Positions 55,660 through 64,000 of a DNA stretch of 64,000 nt are shown here, one piece after another. The translations under genes and the position numbers were made by a program. This DNA is from Fistulifera solaris (taxonomy: Eukaryota): positions 1-64,000 of the forward strand of contig AP026145.1 in assembly GCA_030295235.1 (NCBI GenBank). The letters are read 5' to 3'. Each line of letters starts with the position of its first letter. The stretch's first letter is position 1. The notes below the pieces were generated by a model. The model saw nothing but the letters and a program-made list of their open reading frames with translations, was not told the origin of the DNA and did not search any database.

Positions 55660-56606
55660 TTAATTGACTTTGAAGAGCTCGACTTCAAACTTGAGTGTAG
55701 CACCGGGAGGAATCACATCTCCCGATCCAGCGTCACCATAGGCTAGCTCCGAAGGAATCACTAAAGTGGCTTTTCCACCCTCTTTCATCAATTGCAGACC
55801 CTCTTGCCATCCCTTGATGACACCACCGAGAGGAAAGCTAATCGTCTGTCCACGCTCTACCGATGAATCGAACACCGTACCGTCAATCAATGTCTGTAAA
55901 TTTTAGAAAAAGGAGAAAGAGAGAGCGAAACATGCATGAGAGTTAATCGTCGCACTATCCGACATTTCTTTAAAAGCTTCCAATGAGACTTACTCCGTGA
56001 TAATGCACTTCAACATTCGATTGAATGGTGGGTTGCTTGCCATCTCCCTTTTCATTTCACAAAAGACCATACCAGATGCTGTTTTGATCGCATCTTCGTT
56101 GCAATCCAAGAAGTTAGCAATAAAGTCTTCTCCTTCCTGCTTGATGCGATCGGTGATACTTTGTGTTCGCTCGCCGAGGAGTTTGTTGAGCGCCGGTCCG
56201 TACGTTGTGAGCACTTCGCGCGGATCTACCGTCATTTCTTCCTTGATGGTGTCAACGAAAGCTTCTAAAACAATATCAATCTCTTCTTTGTTGAGCAAAG
56301 TCTTCATATTGACACTTCCACCAACTTGAATGGCCAAGTTGGTGCCCAAGGCATAAAATCGCATCTTGTCGTCATCTAATGTGATGCGTAAAAAGAGTTA
56401 GGTTAATATTTAAAGCTTCATTCTCCTTCCATTACATGTTTTGTGTCTTACCGTACGGCATCGGCGGTCGGCCTGTCGCCATGGCACGAGCCGTCGTCGA
56501 TTGAAGTGCCTGTTTCGCACCGAAAAGGTTTTTTCGCCGTGGCGGGCACGAACGCGCGTGCCGAAGAAAGGACAGCCGTGAGGAGCGTCATGGCAGGGAT
56601 TCTCAT
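55660..56606 (-). CDS. FKBP-type peptidyl-prolyl isomerase (FkpA/Mip-like N-domain), probable plastid presequence; two introns
   Basis: [40 protein letters not shown]-terminus SSARA-FVP. Confidence 0.9.
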
Positions 56607-57213
56607 CTTTTGATTAATAAGGAGAAGGAGTGAAAGAGAAGAAGAGACAAAGAATCGAAACGAAAAGAAAGATCGAACCGAGTTAATAGTAATTGTGTGA
56701 ACAAAATGCAACATCCATCGGATTCTTCACTCTTTGGCGCACAGAGTATCTTTGTACGGTGGACGATGAACGTTTGGCATCGCGTCAGCAACAACGCGCA
56801 CCGAACTCTCTGGCGATCTTCATTGAGTGTGAAAAATGTACAGTCAATAAAATTGATAGCATTAAACACGTTTTGGCGGAGGTTAAACCCACAAAGAGTG
56901 TGTATACTGAGCTCAAACTTTGGAAAGGTACAGCATTTAATGTATTATGAAAGCACCGTTGGAATTAACTGCCACCTAATATGTAGTGTCTTCCTCTATC
57001 TAATTGATTGCCGTTCGACAAACACGCGCGTTTTTGATTTTTTGCATTCGATCCTCTTTGATGGAAAAATGGGAGACAAGGAGGAAAGCCCATGTTGTTG
57101 ACGAATCTTTGGAGATAAAGAGCTTGGATCATCAAAGACGTCAATGAGATATCAGTTCGACTAATTAGCAGAGCCGCGAAGACTATTGTAACATCAGATA
57201 AGAGACTACGACG

Positions 57214-60200
57214 ATGACCACGCAAACACTTTTGGTCGACACATCGGAGACGCAACCAACCAGGGAAGACAAATCAAAGCGATCCAAAATGATTCCAAGT
57301 CCTCAACACAGCTTATTATCACCCTTTTCAGATGACATGAACGAGATATTGGCACCTTCTATGGATGATGATGAATACGCGACGCTGATCGATCATCCGA
57401 GTACCTTTTTCAATCATCATACCCACTCGTTCCCCATCAACAACACCTTCTCGGTAGATGAATCCATTCTTCGACGAGTCGAACAGGAAATATCGGCAGC
57501 AAGAGGAGGATCCGGCAAAGATAGCTTGAAACACATCATTTTGAATAGTACTATCAGTAATGATGACATGGCGCAAATCTTACAAACTCTCTCGTCAACG
57601 GACAAGGAAGAATCGGAGGATCGAAATCCACAGGCAGCTCTGGACCGTGATGATGTGTGTCTTAATGACCAAATACAACGCATGGAGGTAGAAAGTCAAT
57701 CGTCCTTTGATCGTGTCATGGATATGATTGGTAGTGAATTCAAAGATGATTCTGTCAGTGCCGTTGAGGAAACGCTTTTAGGAAAAAATAAACTCGTTCG
57801 AGAAGAAAAAGAAGAATTACAAGAGGTTGAACAACCAGATTTGTGTCCTCCTTCCAAAGAAGACGAAAATTTACCCTCGGGGCGTGGTCTTATGGACGGG
57901 TTTGTCGAATTGTTGAGTCAGGGTTTGATGGGAGTTCAAATGGGAGAGGAGCAAGAGGATAGCCATAGAAAAGTAAATGAACTCGAGCAAACAGGTGTGG
58001 GCAATCAAAGTTATGATGATGCACAAGATTCAGCCACCGCTGATGCTGGTCTTTGTCAAAGGCATCACGTGAAAATGAAGTTGTCGAACAAGTCTTTCGA
58101 AGTGATGTGTCCAGTGTAATGACAGCCAATTCGTATCATGAAAGTATCGCCAGCGATCACAGTGACGAAGAGCAAGCCGTTGCCAAGTGGGCGCAACTTT
58201 TGGCGGAGTCTTCACCCGAAGGCGACGATGTTGTGTCATTAACAATTGCTGGAGAAGATGACGAGGCGTCCACACAATTTACTGCTGGAGAGCCCGAGGA
58301 TGTGTCAGCGACAGAGGGTGGCGATGAGTCGACAACCTTTACAGCCATGGAGGAAGTTGAAACAGAGAGGGCCACAGAGAATATAGTGCAGTCCGAGAGT
58401 ACCGCGACATCCCCACGTTCCGTCGAGGCTTCAACGAACACAATCGAGGAAGAAGCCGACTGCACAGCAACAACAAAGACACAATCAGTGGAGGTCACAG
58501 TTACGACAAGCGACATGATTATTCCGACACGGCTATCAGATAATGTGCAGGAAGCTGACGAAGCTATTCCAGCGCCGGAAGCACCTCCAGTAAAAAATGA
58601 AAATGACGACAACGAAGAATGCAATGCTGCTACAAAGACCGCGTTATCAGTAGAACAAGCACCTGGAAGTGGCGATAATGCTGCGGCAACAACAATAAAA
58701 TTTAAGGAATCAAGTCCAGCAAAGCCAGCCGCGCCGGAAAGTACTCAAGAAGATAGAAAGCCTGCTCCGCAGGGAAAGATTCCGGAAGAAAAATGTGTGA
58801 ATGTAGTCTCGACCAAGCCACCACTAGCCCCCTCTCCTCGCCTGTATAGTGGGCTGGGTTCGCCGTCGTCGATATCAAGAAGTCTTCGAGAAGCTCGGAT
58901 GCTTTTTACTCAGCAGGAAGTGAAACAAGTAGAGAAAGACAAGGATGAACAGCTCGTTGAAGGCAATGAAGGCAACGACGAGCAATCTTTATTGAAATCT
59001 TCTCGGAAACTGCGATTTCGCAAAAGCTTTCCTGTTTTAAAGCCCGCTCGGGGTCCACGTGCGAGTGAAAAAATCATTCAATCTCATTCTCATGGAATAC
59101 CTTCTCGCCCAACAATGTGGGTCAAGCCCCAAGCAGAGTTGAAGCAGTTGATTGTTGCTGCTATGGGTACATCGCTACAACGGCGCTCAAACGCATGCGG
59201 AGCACTCAAAGTTCTTTCATTAATTAAAAAGAATCAATTGTCCTTGGCCAGAACGGATACATTTTTGACAGCCCTGGTATTCGCCATACGCCAAGAAATC
59301 ACTGATACTGACCGTGACATTGCCATCACTGCTCGAGTTCGTGCCTTGACCTGTTTAAGGAATGTTTGTCGTCCGAAGAGAACCGAGTCCACGCTTTTAC
59401 TCAACCTGGACTGATGGAATGCCTAATCAATGTGATTAACGAAGATAAAGGGGAGAGCCGAGTTCTAGCGTGCTCTACTTTGGCACTCATTGCGAAGTCT
59501 ACAGAGTGCCGTGAAGGTCTTGGAATTGTGAATGGCTTGGTCGACTGCTTGTCGCGCGTTGTTGGACAAATTGCCTCAACATTAGAACACGATGAAGAGG
59601 GTGAAGTTGTCGACAATGTGGATGATAGCTCCTCGGAGAGCGACACCGATACATCCAGTGATAGCGATTCCGAATTGTCTGCTGAATCATCTGCCGACTC
59701 TTCTGCTCGCTCGTCGGAGTCTTCCGAGGAATCCGATGGCGATGAGAGCAGCTCAGAGTCAAATGACAATGACGACAGTGATACTAAGATGGTAGCCATG
59801 GATACTGACATTGAAAAACTGCACCAAGAAGCGCGACTGAACGCTTGCGCTGTTTTGGTTCATCTATCTCGATCATGCGCTATTTCGGTAAGTGAACTGT
59901 TTGCATTCACACACGCGTGATCCTCCAGTATTGCACTAACGAAACCTCGTCCCGTTTTACCAGCACATTCTGGCGAAAAATAAATTGCTGGTGCGGACAT
60001 GTGTCAAAGTAATGATGGAAATAATGAATCAAGTTCATAGCAAATGTTTGGAGATCATGAGGAACCTGACGCTACTCCCCAGCAACTGCTCAATACTATC
60101 GCATGCGGATGGAGTAATCACTAGCTTTACCGCGAGCGCCAACTCCCAATATCCGGAGAATCGAATCGCGGCTCTTCGGGGACTTCAGAATCTTTCGGGT

Positions 60201-60554
60201 GACGCTTCCAGTAAATCTGTACTGGCCAGTGCTCACGTCCTCCACTTGCTTACTTCTTGTGCCATTCGTAGTGATCCTGACGAAAAAGAAGCCGCTGTGG
60301 CGACCTTGTACAACATTACTACCGAACCGAGCACAGTCGTAGCCATCACCAACACTCGCAACGTGATCGCAACGTTAGTTCACATTGCTCATCATGCCGA
60401 GACGGCTTCGCACGTGCGTTTGTTAGCATGCGAAGCGCTCGCGACTACCAGTTTGTGGTTGCAAACGCTCGCTGGAACTGGAACTTGTCCCGAAGATGTG
60501 CCAAACGTTCTTTTGCCCTCTCACAAGACGTACGGTTGGGAACGCTGGAATTAA
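57214..60554 (+). CDS. Large protein with an acidic disordered N-half and C-terminal armadillo-like repeats; intron near 59888-59963 and frameshifts
   Basis: Overlapping ORFs 57214-58119, 58053-59414, 59366-59920 and 59985-60554; ARM-like NACGALKVLS, ALRGLQNLS, AVATLYNIT. Confidence 0.7.
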
Positions 60555-60819
60555 TTTTATTTTATAACGAAACGTGAATGTGTCGTGATAACATTATTTT
60601 AACTGTAACAGGTAAACCGGCGCCTATACTTTGCTTCGTGAAACCATAGCTGTGACGGAAGTCCCGAATTGTGACAGTGATGTATTGAGTCACGTCACAC
60701 CAAGTGCCGCCCTATCTAGAAGTGCCGCCAGCAAAATAAACGCATTGGAAGTAAAAATAATAATAAAAGCGCGAAAAGGCGATGATTAATAGAAATCTTA
60801 AGGTCGATCTCCGTCACTA

Positions 60820-61776
60820 ATGAATCTCGTGGCTTGTAATATCTACATAACAGCAGGGAGACTGCCGCAACACATCCCATTACTTTTGAACTTACTGCAA
60901 CAGGCACAAACGCAATGTCGTGACGATCCCAACGTTGTCGTTGTTCATGCCTTTGCGGATCGCACGTACAACCGCACATCCTTTCATTTTGCTGCCAAAT
61001 CAGCACAAAGTCTAGTTTCAGTTACATCCGAATTGGCAAAAACAGCTTTGCAGGAGTTTCAAAATGAGCAGCAGCGAATAACGAAAGTGTCATCAACAAC
61101 AAATTCCGAGTACTTTCATCCGCAAGTAGGTGTGGTAGATCACATCTCTGTCATGTCTCTTGCCGATTATCAAGAAACGAACACAGACATGACGTCTAGT
61201 GCTATTACGGATTTGACGCGAACGGCTCACGAGCTTGGAAAAAGGATGGAAGACATGGGTCAAATCGTTCATTACTACGGCCACGCTCATCCCAACAATC
61301 ATCCTCTAGCGCAAGTTCGTCGAGAAAAGACACCGTTCTTTGATCATGAAAAAGATGATTCGAGCAACTACTTGCAATCAAAGGAAACGCAGTCAGGGAT
61401 GTGTCTCGTCGGCGTCCCGAAACAGTTTGTCGAGAACTACAACGTGCGTGTATTATGCTCTAGCAAATCCCTTGTCAGCCGGACTTTGACACAACGTCTG
61501 AGAGAACGTGATGGAGGTATTGTTGGTGTAGAAGCCCTGACGCTGCCATACGGCGATGGTTCCTGGGAAGTGGCCATGAATTTATTGCTTCCGAATTTGG
61601 TTCCTTCAATTCAACAAATTGTAAGTCAATGGAAGAAGGGCACGGTACTGAAAGAATATAGAGTTGGAACCACTGTCGATCAGTGTAAAAGATGTTTGCA
61701 GATAGAGGACCGAGAAATTCACGATGCATTCGTGATGACGCAGCTTGAAATGTATTTAGAGCCCCAAAATTGCTGA
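60820..61776 (+). CDS. Glutamate formiminotransferase (FTCD N-terminal)-like protein
   Basis: LVACNIYITAGR, AFADRTYNRTSF, HPQVGVVDHI, LAQVRR, LRERDGGIVGVEAL, EVAMNL. Confidence 0.8.
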   Translation: MNLVACNIYITAGRLPQHIPLLLNLLQQAQTQCRDDPNVVVVHAFADRTYNRTSFHFAAKSAQSLVSVTSELAKTALQEFQNEQQRITKVSSTTNSEYFHPQVGVVDHISVMSLADYQETNTDMTSSAITDLTRTAHELGKRMEDMGQIVHYYGHAHPNNHPLAQVRREKTPFFDHEKDDSSNYLQSKETQSGMCLVGVPKQFVENYNVRVLCSSKSLVSRTLTQRLRERDGGIVGVEALTLPYGDGSWEVAMNLLLPNLVPSIQQIVSQWKKGTVLKEYRVGTTVDQCKRCLQIEDREIHDAFVMTQLEMYLEPQNC

Positions 61777-62339
61777 GACGAGAGCTAGATAAAATGACAT
61801 AAGTGGCTATAAGCGCAGAACAATGCATGCATTCGGCACAGAAAGAACCCAAAGAGGATAATGAGAGGTCGTCTAAATTGAAATTGTCTCGCATAACTAA
61901 CGACGAGCTATCTGGGAACGACATTCACTCGATGTGACGAGGGCTCTAGTTTCCAGTCACAATTTCTCTGAGTTCATTTGTAAATAGCGCAATAAGCTGT
62001 AATTATTTTTAAAAACAAAATAGATTGTTTGTCAAAGTAGTAGTTCATGCTCTCGCACTTGGCTATGACCTAAATGTAAGACCATAGGGACGGGGAATGT
62101 TGATACGACCAAGGAGGATACGACTGCCTATTATCCTGCTGAGTCATGAATACCACGTCATTTCTTCTTCCTCTCTTTCGTCGTCGTTTTCGCGCGCGGA
62201 TCTTTTTCGAGCACAAAAGATTCATTCGCATCATCAGCAAAGTTCGTTCGGATTCTCATTGCTGCTCATTGTGAAGCTTTTGTGCTTCAAACTTTCCTTT
62301 GTTAGCCCTTATAAGGGAAGAAACAGCACGAAAGTAACC

Positions 62340-63962
62340 ATGTCGTCACAGGAAGATGCTGAGAAGTTGCTGAAAGAAACGGCTTACTTCAAAGAGGCAC
62401 CCGAAGCTTTAGTTCAAGAGCTTGCTCGACAAATGCAATGCCTCAATGTTGAAGACGGCCACAATTTCTTTGAAGAAGGAGAGGAAATTCACAGTGTTCT
62501 TATTTTAGAAGAGGGAATGCTCGTTCGCACGAAAATGTCCGTCGATGAGAGCGATGTCGCCGAATTACGCAGCAGTCTACGTGAAATGCCTTCGGAGCAC
62601 AGCGAATCAGCGAGTAGTGACGATTCGTCTGTGTTGATTGACATGATCAGCGGACGCGCGCAAGTCACGGGATTGCTGCACAATTTCAAAGCAGGTGCCG
62701 TAGCGTACGCGACAGTGTCTGCAAAGGGGTCTGTCAAGGCTTGGTTGATTGAGGGCGAAAAGTTTCGTGAAGCTATCACCAAAGAACCCGCATATGCTTT
62801 GGAGATGATGTCGGCGTTATCTCGAGAACTTCGGGTCGGTACCAAGTCGTTGCAAGCGTTGGTGCGTCACAGCAAAGCAGGTCATCGCGAAGGAAACGCG
62901 ACAACCGAACAGAAAGTGTGCAAAGTCTTGTGTTATGATGCAACCAGCTGGACGATCGAAGGATTTGAACCGGCGATTAAAGAATTCAACGAACAGCACA
63001 AAGAAGAAGGCATCTCTATCGAGATGGAGTTTACGACAGAACGGTTGTCTGAGCACAGTGCTATATTTGCCGCCGGATACAGTGCCGTCTGCTTGTTCGT
63101 GAACGATACGGCGAATAGTAATGTCATTCAGACATTGAGCTTGTTGGGAGTTCGCATGATTGCCATGCGTTGTGCGGGCTTCGATCGTGTCGATACAAAA
63201 GCAGCTCGTGCATTTGGCTTGACTGTCGCACGTGTCCCGGCGTATTCTCCATATGCCGTGGCTGAGATGGGCATTGCCTTGTTGATGAGCGTAAATCGCA
63301 AGATTCATCGTGCGAATAACCGCGTCCGGATGGCGAATTTTACGCTAGATGGCGGTTTGATGGGTATTGATATTCACGGCAAAACAGTAGGTGTCATGGG
63401 GACTGGAAACATTGGCGCTATTTTGTGCAACATACTGTTCGGATTCGGCGCCAATGTCCTCTGTTACGACGTGCACGAAAATCCGGACGTACTTGACAAG
63501 GGTGGTAAATACGTAAGCAAAGAAGAGATATTGAGCCAGTCGGATATTCTTTTCTTGATGATGCCGTTATTGCCCCCAACGAAACACACCATCAACTTCG
63601 ATACGCTGAAGCTGCTCAAGAAGGGTATGATTTTGATTAATACGAGTCGCGGTGGCTTAATTGATACCAAGGCACTACTGAAGGGACTGCAGGACGGTAC
63701 GATTGCGGGAGCCGGGCTGGATGTGTACGAGAACGAGCAAGAGTATTTCTTTCAGGATTGGTCGGCTAAAACAGTCACAGACTCAGACCTTGTTGCCTTA
63801 CTCGGAAACAACAAGGTTGTATTAACCGCCCATCAAGCATTCTTCACACAAGAAGCAGTGGATAAGATTGTGAGTGATACAATTCAGAATCTGACAGATT
63901 ACTACCATTCCAACAAGTCAGGTATCCGTCATCCAAATAATTGTATTCCAGTTCATCACTAG
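62340..63962 (+). CDS. D-lactate dehydrogenase (LdhA-like) with an N-terminal cyclic-nucleotide-binding-fold domain
   Basis: RCAGFDRVD, RVPAYSPYAVAE, GKTVGVMGTGNIG, INTSRGGLID, GLDVYENE, TAHQAFFT; N-terminal YFKEAPEALVQELARQM..FFEEGEE..ATVSA. Confidence 0.9.
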   Translation: MSSQEDAEKLLKETAYFKEAPEALVQELARQMQCLNVEDGHNFFEEGEEIHSVLILEEGMLVRTKMSVDESDVAELRSSLREMPSEHSESASSDDSSVLIDMISGRAQVTGLLHNFKAGAVAYATVSAKGSVKAWLIEGEKFREAITKEPAYALEMMSALSRELRVGTKSLQALVRHSKAGHREGNATTEQKVCKVLCYDATSWTIEGFEPAIKEFNEQHKEEGISIEMEFTTERLSEHSAIFAAGYSAVCLFVNDTANSNVIQTLSLLGVRMIAMRCAGFDRVDTKAARAFGLTVARVPAYSPYAVAEMGIALLMSVNRKIHRANNRVRMANFTLDGGLMGIDIHGKTVGVMGTGNIGAILCNILFGFGANVLCYDVHENPDVLDKGGKYVSKEEILSQSDILFLMMPLLPPTKHTINFDTLKLLKKGMILINTSRGGLIDTKALLKGLQDGTIAGAGLDVYENEQEYFFQDWSAKTVTDSDLVALLGNNKVVLTAHQAFFTQEAVDKIVSDTIQNLTDYYHSNKSGIRHPNNCIPVHH

Positions 63963-64000
63963 TAACGAGGAGTGATCAGTCTCAAGAGATTTGTGTTTTA

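Noticed and set aside
58157..59811. Long antisense S-rich ORFs (also 43639-43950 and 48212-48757)
   Set aside because: Antisense shadows of acidic or low-complexity coding regions

Overview
Left end of a eukaryotic chromosome, most likely a diatom or related stramenopile (TTAGGG telomere, compact genes, short GT-AG introns, several signal-peptide+F plastid-type presequences). After about 545 bp of telomere and a duplicated subtelomeric unit come about 27 protein-coding genes. Many are broken by 1-bp indels at homopolymer runs, which looks like an unpolished long-read assembly, so the ORF track splits real genes. Rejoining the frames by eye gives several unusual multidomain proteins. (1) A single ~1,500-aa candidate with AWS-SET-postSET (H3K36 methyltransferase type), a Tudor domain, degenerate KH-like repeats, a transcriptional cyclin box and a pseudo-CDK: the best candidate for an undescribed system. 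(2) SWR1/SRCAP with five acidic histone-chaperone-like repeats, a 5-nt micro-exon and a C-terminal WW + F-box + beta-helix. (3) A TULIP/BPI-like ectodomain fused to two PqiA/LetA-like membrane domains. (4) An H-NOX soluble guanylate cyclase with three CP motifs. (5) A JmjC + mini-SET protein that may be spliced onto UTP6. (6) A cNMP-fold D-lactate dehydrogenase. Non-coding structure includes a 437-bp dimeric tandem repeat with a second dispersed locus, a 306-bp hAT-type MITE inserted in it, and a 34-bp palindromic minisatellite family. All domain calls come from motif recognition by eye; no database search was run.
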